Assembly: GCA_030645575.1 (NCBI GenBank)
Contig: JAUSMJ010000005.1
Coordinates: forward strand, 11,552-75,551
Length of the DNA stretch: 64,000 bases
DNA from: Caulobacter sp.
GTDB taxonomy: Bacteria; Pseudomonadota; Alphaproteobacteria; Caulobacterales; Caulobacteraceae
Direction: 5' to 3'
The position numbers were made by a program, and so were the translations under genes. The notes beneath the pieces were generated by a model. The model searched no databases. It saw only the letters and a list, made by a program, of their open reading frames with translations, and was not told the origin of the DNA. Positions 55,263 through 63,831 of the stretch are shown one piece after another. How positions within the stretch are numbered: position 1 is the stretch's first letter; every line of letters begins with the position of its first letter.

Positions 55263-56381
55263 ATGAGATTGCGCGTGTGGGCGTTGCTGCTGGCCCTTGG
55301 TCTCGCCGCCGCCCCGCTTCCCCCCGGAACGACGACCTCGGCCGCCGCTCCGGCGGCGCCGGACATCGACGTCGTCCGCGCCAACGAACAGACCCGAGCG
55401 TTTCTGAAGGCCCAGATGACCGAGCGGCGCATCCCAGCTCTTCAGGTCGCGGTCGTCGTCGAGGGACGCGTCGTGATGTCGGAGGCTTACGGGGTCGCCA
55501 ACATCGAGCAGCAGATCGCGGCCACGCGCCAGACCCTGTTCCCGATCAACTCGGCGACCAAGTCCTTCACCGGCGTCGCCATCATGCAGCTTGTCGAGGC
55601 GGGACAGGTCGATCTTGAAGCGCCGATATCCCGGTATCTGGACGGCCTGCCCGAAAGCTGGCGCGCGATTCGCGTCCGACAGCTGCTCGCCCACACCTCC
55701 GGTCTGCCCAATATCGTCGATGAAAACGGACTGGTCGGCGGCGGGTCCGAGGCGGAGGCCTGGGCCAAGGTGCAGACCCTGCCGATGGACGCGGCGCCGG
55801 GTTCCGGCTTCGCCTACAACCAGACCAACTACGTTCTGCTCGCCCGGATCATCCAGAAGGCGAGCGGCCAGCCGTTCGACCAGTTTTTCGCTGAGCGGCA
55901 GTTCAAGCCCGCGTCCATGACCCGCGCGCGTTTCGGAGATGGCTATGACATCGTTCCGGGCCGTGTCAGCGTCTACATCCGTCAGCGCGCGGGGCGGCTC
56001 GACGGAGTCTATCACTGGATTGACGACATCCCGCCCTCCACGCGAGCAGGCGCCGGCCTCTACACGACCGCGGACGAACTCGCGCAATGGATCATCGCTC
56101 TGGAGGACGGACGCCTGCTGGCGAAAAAGGCCAGTCTGGAGCGGCTCTGGCGGGCCGACACCCTGAACGACGGCAAGCCGAATATCTGGGCGATGGGCTG
56201 GCCCATCCTCGGTGGAACGTCGCGCCGCGCGGTCGGCGGCATCGGCGGCGGCCGATCCGCCTTCTTCGTCTATCCCGACGACGACGTGGCCGTGATCGTG
56301 ATGACCAACATGGTCGGGGCCAACCCGCAGAACATGATCGATACCATCGCCAGCTACTACATCACTCCGGCGCGGCGCTGA
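55263..56381 (+). CDS. secreted serine hydrolase (beta-lactamase/PBP-like family)
   Basis: Signal peptide and SATK (SxxK) in FPINSATKSFTGVAIMQL. About 370 aa, class C-like fold family. Confidence 0.8.
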   Translation: MRLRVWALLLALGLAAAPLPPGTTTSAAAPAAPDIDVVRANEQTRAFLKAQMTERRIPALQVAVVVEGRVVMSEAYGVANIEQQIAATRQTLFPINSATKSFTGVAIMQLVEAGQVDLEAPISRYLDGLPESWRAIRVRQLLAHTSGLPNIVDENGLVGGGSEAEAWAKVQTLPMDAAPGSGFAYNQTNYVLLARIIQKASGQPFDQFFAERQFKPASMTRARFGDGYDIVPGRVSVYIRQRAGRLDGVYHWIDDIPPSTRAGAGLYTTADELAQWIIALEDGRLLAKKASLERLWRADTLNDGKPNIWAMGWPILGGTSRRAVGGIGGGRSAFFVYPDDDVAVIVMTNMVGANPQNMIDTIASYYITPARR

Positions 56382-56599
56382 AACGCCACGCTTGAGCCGG
56401 CCTCGCCACAGCTGACGGCCGCTTGCTAGCGCCCCAAACGTTGACTCCCCGCTCCCTCTCCATCATACACCCGCCTTCCCACGCCGCCGGCTCGCCGGAC
56501 GGCGCAGGGAATCCATGACGGGTGACACGAAGCCGCCGTTGAGATCGCGCCTCCACTTGCGGAGGGGCCGGCCCGGGTCGAACTGAAGAAGAGCTACGC

Positions 56600-57217
56600 A
56601 TGTCCAAGCGCCATAGCGCCAAGTACAAGATCGACCGCCGGATGGGCGAAAACATCTGGGGCCGTCCGAAGTCCCCGGTGAACACCCGCTCCTACGGCCC
56701 CGGCCAGCACGGCCAGCGCCGCAAGTCCAAGGTCTCCGATTTCGGCCTGCAGCTGCGCGCCAAGCAGAAGCTGAAGGGCTACTACGGCAACCTGACCGAA
56801 AAGCAGTTCAGCCGCACCTACACCGAAGCCGCGCGCCGCAAGGGCAACACGGCCGAGAATCTGGTCGGCCTGCTGGAAGCCCGTCTGGACGCGGTCGTCT
56901 ACCGCGCCAAGTTCGTGCCGACCGTGTTCGCCGCCCGCCAGTTCGTCAACCACGGCCACGTGCTGGTCAACGGCAAGCGCGTCAACATCGCCTCCTACCG
57001 CGTGAAGGCCGGCGACGTCGTCAGCGTCCGCGAAAAGTCGCGCAGCATGGCCCTCGTGCTCGAAGCCCTGAGCTCTGGCGAGCGCGACACCCCCGACTAC
57101 ATCACCGTGGACGCCCGCCACATGGCGGCGACCTTCGTCCGCGCCCCGGAACTGGCCGAAGTGCCCTATCCGGTGAAGATGGAACCGAACCTGGTCGTCG
57201 AATTCTACGCCTCGTAA
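56600..57217 (+). CDS. rpsD: 30S ribosomal protein S4
   Basis: [26 protein letters not shown]...; 205 aa; S4 RNA-binding domain ([14 protein letters not shown]). Confidence 0.97.
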   Translation: MSKRHSAKYKIDRRMGENIWGRPKSPVNTRSYGPGQHGQRRKSKVSDFGLQLRAKQKLKGYYGNLTEKQFSRTYTEAARRKGNTAENLVGLLEARLDAVVYRAKFVPTVFAARQFVNHGHVLVNGKRVNIASYRVKAGDVVSVREKSRSMALVLEALSSGERDTPDYITVDARHMAATFVRAPELAEVPYPVKMEPNLVVEFYAS

Positions 57218-57246
57218 GGGCGACGACGACCGACAGAGTTGCGAAG

Positions 57247-57273
57247 GGCCCCGGAGCGATCCGGGGCCTTTTT
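57247..57273 (+). terminator. Rho-independent terminator of rpsD
   Basis: GGCCCCGG-AGCGAT-CCGGGGCC stem-loop followed by TTTTT, 30 nt after the rpsD stop. Confidence 0.8.
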
Positions 57274-57362
57274 GCCATGGGGCGGGCTCAAGACATCAGG
57301 GCGCGGCCCGCCTTGAGCTGCGAAGTCTGGACAAGTCTGGCCGCTCCGTCTCTGCTCTCGCC

Positions 57363-57722
57363 ATGAACCGCCGCATCCTTCTCATCGCCGGAGCCCTGCT
57401 GCTCGCCGGCTGCGCCACACGGGCGGTCTATTCGGCGCCGGATGTGGGGATGGTCGAGTTGGAGCCGCTGTTGGCGGTCACGGCGGCGCGCGAGGGCCTG
57501 ACCATCCGGGTCGTCTCCAACGGCTGCACCGGCAAGGACTCCATGGCCTGGTTCGTGGAGAAGGCCGGCGGTCGCTATGCCGTGGCGTTCGGGCGCAGAC
57601 GGGTCGATAGCTGCACCCAGCCGCCGACGGCTGTGGACCTGACCTTCAGTTTCGCGGAACTGGGCCTGCCCAAAGGCGCGCGAGTGGCGGTGGTCAACCC
57701 GTTGTCAGCCTCGGCCCATTGA
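57363..57722 (+). CDS. small lipoprotein, unknown function
   Basis: Lipobox LLAGC after a hydrophobic signal segment; 119 aa; no family recognised. Confidence 0.6.
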   Translation: MNRRILLIAGALLLAGCATRAVYSAPDVGMVELEPLLAVTAAREGLTIRVVSNGCTGKDSMAWFVEKAGGRYAVAFGRRRVDSCTQPPTAVDLTFSFAELGLPKGARVAVVNPLSASAH

Positions 57723-57734
57723 CGAACCTCTTCA

Positions 57735-57860
57735 CCGTCATGGCCCGACTTGTTCGGGCCACCCATGCGCGCAGACGGGGCGAGGCAGGCGGTGGCCGTT
57801 GGCGAGCCTCCCGCAACCGGCCGAGTGCCTGGGTGGCCCGAACAAGTCGGGCCATGACGG
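57735..57860. repeat. 31-bp perfect inverted repeat pair (CCGTCATGGCCCG family)
   Basis: CCGTCATGGCCCGACTTGTTCGGGCCACCCA (57735-57765) is the exact reverse complement of 57830-57860, with a 64-bp spacer. It is related to the termini of the element at 10221-10422. Confidence 0.85.
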
Positions 57861-57910
57861 GATCGAGGGGCGTGGCTGTCAGGTTGGCGTACTGAACATT
57901 GCTCGCCGGG

Positions 57911-57956
57911 CAGGGACTGGACAAGCAGTCCCAAGGGACAGCTTGTCCAGTCCCTG
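57911..57956. repeat. 46-bp near-perfect nested palindrome with GTCCCAAGGGAC core
   Basis: CAGGGACTGGACAAGCAGTCCCAAGGGACAGCTTGTCCAGTCCCTG. Only the centre-proximal A/T positions break the symmetry. Confidence 0.85.
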
Positions 57957-57958
57957 GG

Positions 57959-58372
57959 CTAGCTGAACATCTCTTCCATCCACGCTGGCACGCGGGCGGG
58001 GCGTTTGGTCACCGCATCGACCAGCACCCATTCGGAATGGGTCTGGGCGCACATCTCGCCGTCGGGGCCGTCGATGCGCACGAAGCGGTCGAAGCGCGGG
58101 CCCCGCCGCTCGCCGACCCAGGTGCGGCCGACGGCGTGTTCGCCGGGCATCAGCGGGCGGCGGTAGTCGATCTCGTGGCGCAACACGACCCAGGCCCAGC
58201 GGGCGGCCTCCTCGGCCGGCGCGCGCGAGCGCCAGTGGGCGATGGCGATATCCTGCACCCAGCCGAGGTAGACCACGTTGTTCACATGGCCGTTCTCGTC
58301 GATGTCCGACGGGGCGGGGGTGAAGGGCAGGGTGAAGACCTGGCGGTCCTCGGAGGGCTCGAGCAGTTTCAC
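57959..58372 (-). CDS. acyl-CoA thioesterase (4HBT/YbgC-like hotdog fold)
   Basis: 137 aa, DIDENGHVNNVVYLGWVQD motif typical of 4HBT thioesterases. Confidence 0.8.
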   Translation of the reverse strand: MKLLEPSEDRQVFTLPFTPAPSDIDENGHVNNVVYLGWVQDIAIAHWRSRAPAEEAARWAWVVLRHEIDYRRPLMPGEHAVGRTWVGERRGPRFDRFVRIDGPDGEMCAQTHSEWVLVDAVTKRPARVPAWMEEMFS

Positions 58373-58375
58373 GGC

Positions 58376-58720
58376 CTAGGCGGACAGCAAGCCCTGGCCT
58401 TCCAGCAGCGTCTTCAGCTCGCCGTCCTGGAACATTTCGCGGACGATGTCACAGCCGCCGACGAACTCGCCCTTGATGTACAGCTGGGGAATGGTCGGCC
58501 AGTCGCTGTAGAGTTTGATGCCGTCGCGCAGCACGTCGCTCTGCAGCACATCGACGCCGACGAAATCGACGCCCAGGTGGTCGAGGATCTGCACCACCTG
58601 GGAGGAGAAGCCGCAGCGCGGCTGTTCCGGCTCGCCCTTCATGAACAGCACGACCGGATGTTCGGCCACGGTGCGGGCGATGAAATCGTGGGCGGGGTTG
58701 GCGACGGCGGCGTCGGTCAC
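58376..58720 (-). CDS. grxD: monothiol glutaredoxin (Grx4 family)
   Basis: VVLFMKGEPEQPRCGFSSQVVQIL with the CGFS active site; WPTIPQLYIKGEFVGGCDI. Confidence 0.95.
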   Translation of the reverse strand: MTDAAVANPAHDFIARTVAEHPVVLFMKGEPEQPRCGFSSQVVQILDHLGVDFVGVDVLQSDVLRDGIKLYSDWPTIPQLYIKGEFVGGCDIVREMFQDGELKTLLEGQGLLSA

Positions 58721-58778
58721 GGCAGGGCCTTTGGGCTTGGAAATTCAGCCTATCAGCTAGGCGCCCGGCCCGTTCGGG

Positions 58779-59627
58779 TCAACCCCGCGCGCCGATCCGC
58801 GAGCCGTCGGTCGAGAACCGCGCCATCTCGATCTGGGCGGCCACCCCGGTCGGCAGGTCACGATCGGACACCTCCGCCAGCCGCGCCAGCCGGTCGATGT
58901 GATCGACCTCGAATCGCACGGTGGTCACCGCCGGCTCGGTCAGCACATAGGCCAGGCAGATCTCCTCGGCCGACCAGCCGGGCGTTGATTCCAGGAAACC
59001 GTAGCCCCCGACGCCCGCCAGCGGGTCCGCCCGGCGGCCCAGCAGCGGCATCTTGAACGGCTTGGCCTTGGGCTGCATCGCCTCGGGCCAGATGTCGCGG
59101 GCGATCACCGCCATGTCGCGCTCGGCCGCCGATTTCAGCCGGTTGCGGTCGCGCCAGCCCGACACGGGGCTGTAGGCCGTGGTCAGGGCGTCGAAGCCGC
59201 CGCTGGAGATCAGCAGGTCGGTGTCCTCGTCGTCGCTGGTCAGACCATAGGACCGCACCCAACGGGTCTGTTTGAGCCGCGCCAGCACGTCGGCCGACGG
59301 TGGCCGATCGTCGAAGTTCAGCAGGTCGAGATAGCCCAGGCCCGTGCGGGCCAGCAGGGCCTCCACGACCTGCGCCGGCTCGGCGGGCAGGGCGGTCGGA
59401 CGCCAGGCGACGAACAGCAGGTTGCGCTCGACCTCGCCCAGGGCGTCGGCGGCGCCCTCGATCAGCGCGGGCGCGTCGCCGGCCAGTTCGAAACCGTTGA
59501 TGCCCAGTTCCATGGCCGCCACGATCAGGCCGCGCCAGTCGCGGGCCGAGTTGCGCATGCCGCCGTCCAGCAGCAGCGACACCGCCGAGACCACATGACC
59601 GGATTTGCCGTAGGGGCGATAGCGCAT
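58779..59627 (-). CDS. aldo/keto reductase-like protein, apparently degenerate
   Basis: The N-terminus MRYRPYGKSGHVVSAVSL resembles the AKR start (M.YR.LG.TG..VS). The usual D..Y / K / H catalytic context (F.DTA..YG) is replaced by GFELAGDAP. Confidence 0.55.
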   Translation of the reverse strand: MRYRPYGKSGHVVSAVSLLLDGGMRNSARDWRGLIVAAMELGINGFELAGDAPALIEGAADALGEVERNLLFVAWRPTALPAEPAQVVEALLARTGLGYLDLLNFDDRPPSADVLARLKQTRWVRSYGLTSDDEDTDLLISSGGFDALTTAYSPVSGWRDRNRLKSAAERDMAVIARDIWPEAMQPKAKPFKMPLLGRRADPLAGVGGYGFLESTPGWSAEEICLAYVLTEPAVTTVRFEVDHIDRLARLAEVSDRDLPTGVAAQIEMARFSTDGSRIGARG

Positions 59628-59630
59628 GGG

Positions 59631-59867
59631 TCAGTCGGCCGGAGAAGCGGTTTCGAGCGCCAGGGCGTGCAGGGTTCCGCCGAGCACGTCGGCCAGCGCG
59701 CGGTTGACCAGCTGGTGCTGGCGCACGCGGGGCAGGCCTTTGAACTGGCTGGAGACGATGCGCGCCTTGTAGTGGTCGCCGTCGCCGGCCAGGTCGGTGA
59801 TCACGATCTCGGCGTCGGGAAACGCCGCGCGCAGGCGAGACTCGAGATCGGCGGCGGGCATCGGCAC
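59631..59867 (-). CDS. bolA: BolA family protein
   Basis: 78 aa, ...DGDHYKARIVSSQFKGLPRVRQHQLVNRAL... is the canonical BolA core. Confidence 0.9.
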   Translation of the reverse strand: MPMPAADLESRLRAAFPDAEIVITDLAGDGDHYKARIVSSQFKGLPRVRQHQLVNRALADVLGGTLHALALETASPAD

Positions 59868-60011
59868 GGGATGGTCTCCGGAAATCAGGCCTCTTCAATG
59901 CGCCACAATGCTTAACAACGGCTGGAGGAGCGCCGGCGCCGGCATCGGGAATTGACGTGCGGCCCCGCCGGATCGGCGCCATGCTCACGCCGCCGTGATC
60001 GGAGAGGCGCC

Positions 60012-60653
60012 ATGAGAGTCCTGCTGGGTCTTTGTCTCGTGCTGCTGCTGGGTGGCTGCAATCGCGTTCACAGCGACCATCCGCTGTTTTTCCCCGATGC
60101 GTCCGCTGATGCACCGCGCCTGCGGGACGGGCTCTGGGTGATCGACAACGGCGACAGCGCCGACTGCCGTTATGACGCGCGCAAGCCCGTCACCCGCTGG
60201 CCGGACTGCGCCGACTGGATGCTGGTGCGCGGTGGCGAAGTTCTCGGCTACGACCCGCCGGGCAAGGGCGACGTCACGGGCGTCGGCGAATGGACCAGCC
60301 TGTCGGTCGTGCTGTCGGCGGGCGATCCGCCGGTCCTGCAGATCGGCATGACCGGGGACGGCAAGGTCGACTACCAGTTCTTCGGCATCGAACCGACGGC
60401 GGGCGGGGCCGGCGCCATCACCGCCTTCGCCAGCTGGCCGGTGATGTGTGGCCCGCCGCCACCCGGGGGCGCGATGGAGGGCGGCAAGCGGCGCTTCGTC
60501 ACGCTGGAGCCGCTGCCGGGCCTGACGGTGATCGACGAGAGCAGCTGCACGGCCGCCGACGCCGCGGCCGTCCGCAACGCCGCCGGCCCCAGCCGCGCCT
60601 GGGCCGGCAAGGAGGCCGGCGGGGCTCGCTGGGTGCGGGACGGGTATCCCTGA
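60012..60653 (+). CDS. lipoprotein, unknown function
   Basis: Lipobox LLGGC. 213 aa from the ATG at 60012, with several Cys residues. No family recognised. Confidence 0.6.
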   Translation: MRVLLGLCLVLLLGGCNRVHSDHPLFFPDASADAPRLRDGLWVIDNGDSADCRYDARKPVTRWPDCADWMLVRGGEVLGYDPPGKGDVTGVGEWTSLSVVLSAGDPPVLQIGMTGDGKVDYQFFGIEPTAGGAGAITAFASWPVMCGPPPPGGAMEGGKRRFVTLEPLPGLTVIDESSCTAADAAAVRNAAGPSRAWAGKEAGGARWVRDGYP

Positions 60654-60656
60654 CCG

Positions 60657-61895
60657 TCAGTCCTCGATCGCCGAATAGACCAGGCTCTTCAGCTGGCCGC
60701 GGAAGTTGAAGGTGGCCGAGGGCATCAGCTGGGTCATGAAGACCACCGAGATGTCCTCCTTCGGGTCGGCCCAGAAGATCGTCGAGGCCGCGCCGCCCCA
60801 GTAGAAGTCGCTGCTGGAGAGGCCGCCCGTGGCCGTCTGGTCGATGGTCATGGCGAAGCCCAGGCCAAAGCCGATGCCGGCGTTGGCGGTCTCGGAGAAG
60901 CCGCCGATGGCCGCCTGGGTCAGGTCCTGCCCGTCCTTCAGGTGGTTCTTCGTCATCAGGTCCAGGGTGCGCGAACCGATCACCCGCTGGCCGTCCAGCG
61001 CGCCGCCGGCCCGCAACATCTCGGCGAACCGGACATAGTCGGCCATGGTCCCGACCAGGCCGCCGCCGCCCGACTTGAACACCGGATCTTTCAGATAGGT
61101 GCTGTTCGCCGGGTCGTCGGACAGGCGCAGGCTTTTGTCGGGCAGGCGCATGTAGTTGGCGGCGAAGCGGCCGGCCTTGTCGGCGGGTACGTGGAAGGCG
61201 GTATCGACCATGCCCAGCGGCTCGAAGATCGCCTGCTTCAGATAGTCCTCCAGCGGCAAGCCGCTGACCCGCTCGACCAGGCCGCCACAGACGTCGGTGG
61301 CCAGGCTGTACATCCAGCGCTGGCCCGGCTGGTAGCGCAGCGGAACTTCGCCGAGCTTCTCCAGGAACTGGTCGATCGTCTCGCCGTCGCCGCGCCGCAC
61401 GCCGGCCGCGTCATAGGCCTTGTCCACGGGGTGCTCGATCGGCATGCCGGTCAGATGGGCCAGCATCGAGCCATAGGTCAGGCCGGCGGTGTGGCTGAGC
61501 ACGTCGCGGAAACTGACCGGCCGCTCCGGCGCCACGGTGACCATGTCGGCGCCCTCGCCGGAGACCCAGACGCGGTGGTTCTTCCATTCGGGGATGAAGC
61601 GGTGGACCGGATCGTCCAGCTCGAAACGGCCCTGTTCGAACAGGGTCATCAGCGCCACCGAGACGATCGGCTTGGTCATCGAATAGATGCGCACAATGGT
61701 GTCGTCGCTCCAGGCCACGCCGCGCTCGCGGTCGCGCAGGCCGAAGCCGCGGGCATAGGCCGTGTGGCCGTGGCGACGCACCTCCACCTGGCAGCCGGCG
61801 ATCTTGCCGGGCTGGATGTAATTGCGCTCGATATGGTCGGTAATGCGCTCAAGCCGGCCGGCGTCGAGGCCGGTCCATTGCGACTGGGCGTCCAT
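60657..61895 (-). CDS. serine hydrolase (beta-lactamase-related, esterase/PBP-like)
   Basis: 412 aa from the ATG at 61895. SMTK (SxxK) in IYSMTKPIVSVALM. The upstream part of the ORF is Pro/Arg-rich non-coding-like. Confidence 0.82.
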   Translation of the reverse strand: MDAQSQWTGLDAGRLERITDHIERNYIQPGKIAGCQVEVRRHGHTAYARGFGLRDRERGVAWSDDTIVRIYSMTKPIVSVALMTLFEQGRFELDDPVHRFIPEWKNHRVWVSGEGADMVTVAPERPVSFRDVLSHTAGLTYGSMLAHLTGMPIEHPVDKAYDAAGVRRGDGETIDQFLEKLGEVPLRYQPGQRWMYSLATDVCGGLVERVSGLPLEDYLKQAIFEPLGMVDTAFHVPADKAGRFAANYMRLPDKSLRLSDDPANSTYLKDPVFKSGGGGLVGTMADYVRFAEMLRAGGALDGQRVIGSRTLDLMTKNHLKDGQDLTQAAIGGFSETANAGIGFGLGFAMTIDQTATGGLSSSDFYWGGAASTIFWADPKEDISVVFMTQLMPSATFNFRGQLKSLVYSAIED

Positions 61896-62037
61896 GCTTC
61901 GCTCCCGTTTTCTCGTTGCCGGCATGATGGCCGGGCGACGCGGGGGAGGGAAAGCGGAAAAAGCGGTATGGGGCCCTGCCCGCTTGCACGCCGCCGCCGG
62001 TCCCCGCATTGAAGGGACAGGTCCCACTGGAGTTCCC

Positions 62038-62949
62038 ATGCGCCGCATCGCCTTCGCCACCCTCGCCGCGCTCCTCCTCTGCGGTCCCGCGCCGGCGGCG
62101 ACCGGCGGCCGGGCGCTGGACGATGTGCGCGTGCTGTCGGCCGACGACATGGGTGGGCGCGGCATCGGCACGGAAGGCTCGGCCAGGGCCAGGGCCTATA
62201 TCGAAGGCCGCCTGCGCGAGACCGGCCTGGCCGTGACCGAGCAGCCGTTCGTCTTCACCCGCAAGGCGGACGGCAAGGAGGTCCGCGGCGTCAACCTGAT
62301 CGCGCGGATCGACGGGACCCGGGCCGGCGGCAAGGCCATCGTCGTCAGCGCCCATTACGATCACCTGGGGACCCGGGGCGGCGTGATCTTCAATGGCGCG
62401 GATGACAACGCCTCGGGCGTCGCGGCCCTGCTGGCCGTGGCCGAGGCCTTCCAGACCGCGCCGCCGGCGCACACGCTGTTCCTGGTCGCCCTCGATGGCG
62501 AGGAGGTCGGGCTGCGCGGCGCGCGCGCGTTCGTCGATGCGCCGCCGGTCCCGCTGGCCGACATCGGCCTGAACGTCAATTTCGACATGCTGAGCAAGAA
62601 CGCCAGGGGCGAGCTCTATGTCTCCGGCGGCGCGCCGTTTCCGTGGCTCAGGACGCGGCTGGAGCGGCTCGCGGGGACCGCGCCGGTGACGCTGAAGCTC
62701 GGCCACGACACCGATGCCGACGGCCTCCAGAACAACTGGACCAGCCAGTCGGACCAGGGGGCGTTCGCGGCCAGGGGCGTGCCGTGGGTCTATTTCGGCG
62801 TCGAGGACCATTCGGAGTACCACCTGCCAACCGACGACTTCGCCACCGTGCCGCCGGTGTTCTTCCTTGGCGCGGTGACGACGGTGGTGGCCGCCTGCCG
62901 CCTGTTCGACGAGGAACTGGACGCCATGATGAGCGAGGCCGGACGCTAG
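62038..62949 (+). CDS. M28 family metallopeptidase (secreted)
   Basis: Signal peptide; VVSAHYDHLG...NGADDNASGVAALL; ...LDGEEVGLRGA zinc-ligand motifs. Confidence 0.88.
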   Translation: MRRIAFATLAALLLCGPAPAATGGRALDDVRVLSADDMGGRGIGTEGSARARAYIEGRLRETGLAVTEQPFVFTRKADGKEVRGVNLIARIDGTRAGGKAIVVSAHYDHLGTRGGVIFNGADDNASGVAALLAVAEAFQTAPPAHTLFLVALDGEEVGLRGARAFVDAPPVPLADIGLNVNFDMLSKNARGELYVSGGAPFPWLRTRLERLAGTAPVTLKLGHDTDADGLQNNWTSQSDQGAFAARGVPWVYFGVEDHSEYHLPTDDFATVPPVFFLGAVTTVVAACRLFDEELDAMMSEAGR

Positions 62950-63444
62950 ATGCAGACCCTGATCCCCATCGCCGAGCGCATCGGCGCTCGCCTGGTCGAA
63001 CGCGGCGAGAGCGTCGCCGTGTCGGAGTCCTCATCCGGCGGCCTGGTCTCGGCGGCCCTGTTGGCGGTGCCGAAGGCCTCGGTCTGGTATCAGGGCGCCA
63101 GCGTGACCTACACGCCCAACGTGGCGCGCGGCCTGCTGGGTCTAACGCGCGACATGATCCCGCCGGGCGTGCGCTCCTCGACCGAGCCCTACGCGCTGTT
63201 CATGGCCGGGGTGATCCGCGACAAGCTGCGCGGGACCTGGGGCCTGTGCGAGACCGGCGCGGCCGGCCCGACCGGCAACCCCTATGGCGACGCGGCCGGC
63301 CACACCTGCGTGGGTGTGGTCGGGCTGGTCGAGGCGTCGTTCACGCTGGAAACCGGCGACAGCGACCGGGTCGCCAACATGCTGGCTTTCGCGAAGTTCG
63401 CGCTGGAGCGGTTCGAGGCGGTGCTGGGACAGGGACTGCCTTAG
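62950..63444 (+). CDS. CinA C-terminal domain / PncC-like nicotinamide-nucleotide amidohydrolase
   Basis: 164 aa, VAVSESSSGGLVSAALL resembles the AESCTGG motif of CinA-family proteins. Its stop codon lies inside a repeat palindrome. Confidence 0.8.
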   Translation: MQTLIPIAERIGARLVERGESVAVSESSSGGLVSAALLAVPKASVWYQGASVTYTPNVARGLLGLTRDMIPPGVRSSTEPYALFMAGVIRDKLRGTWGLCETGAAGPTGNPYGDAAGHTCVGVVGLVEASFTLETGDSDRVANMLAFAKFALERFEAVLGQGLP

Positions 63445-63581
63445 CTGTCCCTTGGGACTGCTTAGGCAGTCCCGGTAACCGCGGGGACCGGACATCAAGT
63501 CCCAAGGGACATGAAGTCCAGTCCCGGTTCAGGCGTCGCGCGAACACGCACCTTCGATACATGTCCCCTTCGGGACTCAGG
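63432..63581. repeat. three consecutive GTCCC-NN-GGGAC hairpin repeats
   Basis: 42-bp palindrome GGGACTGCCTTAGCTGTCCCTTGGGACTGCTTAGGCAGTCCC (63432-63473); GGGGACCGGACATCAAGTCCCAAGGGACATGAAGTCCAGTCCC (63483-63525); CATGTCCCCTTCGGGACTCAGG (63560-63581). Confidence 0.75.
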
Positions 63582-63831
63582 CCGCGGCGGGCGGACGGCG
63601 GGTCATGTCGCCGCGACCAGCGAGCAGGCCTTCGACGGAAATATCCTCGTCGAGCTCTTCCCAGTGCAAGCCTTCGCCTGAAGAGCCGATCCTTACGGCT
63701 TCGCGCTGTTCAAGCGTGGCGTCCAATAGCCGGGGAAACCAGGCCAGGGGCACGCCAATCGTGCGACCGTCCTGCAGATCGACCCACATCGTGAATTCGT
63801 CGAACCAGACAGTCTTAGCCGAAGTGCTCAT
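63577..63831 (-). CDS. DUF2442 domain protein (second copy)
   Basis: 84 aa, DGRTIGVPLAWFPRLLDATLEQR...GEGLHWEELDEDISV. Clearly paralogous to 54047-54286. Confidence 0.75.
   Translation of the reverse strand: MSTSAKTVWFDEFTMWVDLQDGRTIGVPLAWFPRLLDATLEQREAVRIGSSGEGLHWEELDEDISVEGLLAGRGDMTRRPPAAA

Noticed and set aside
61996-62036. GGGACAGGTCCC upstream of the M28 peptidase gene, considered as another member of the GTCCC/GGGAC repeat family.
   Set aside because: The orientation is reversed (GGGAC-AG-GTCCC), there is no foldable loop, and there are no complementary flanks. It is likely a chance occurrence.
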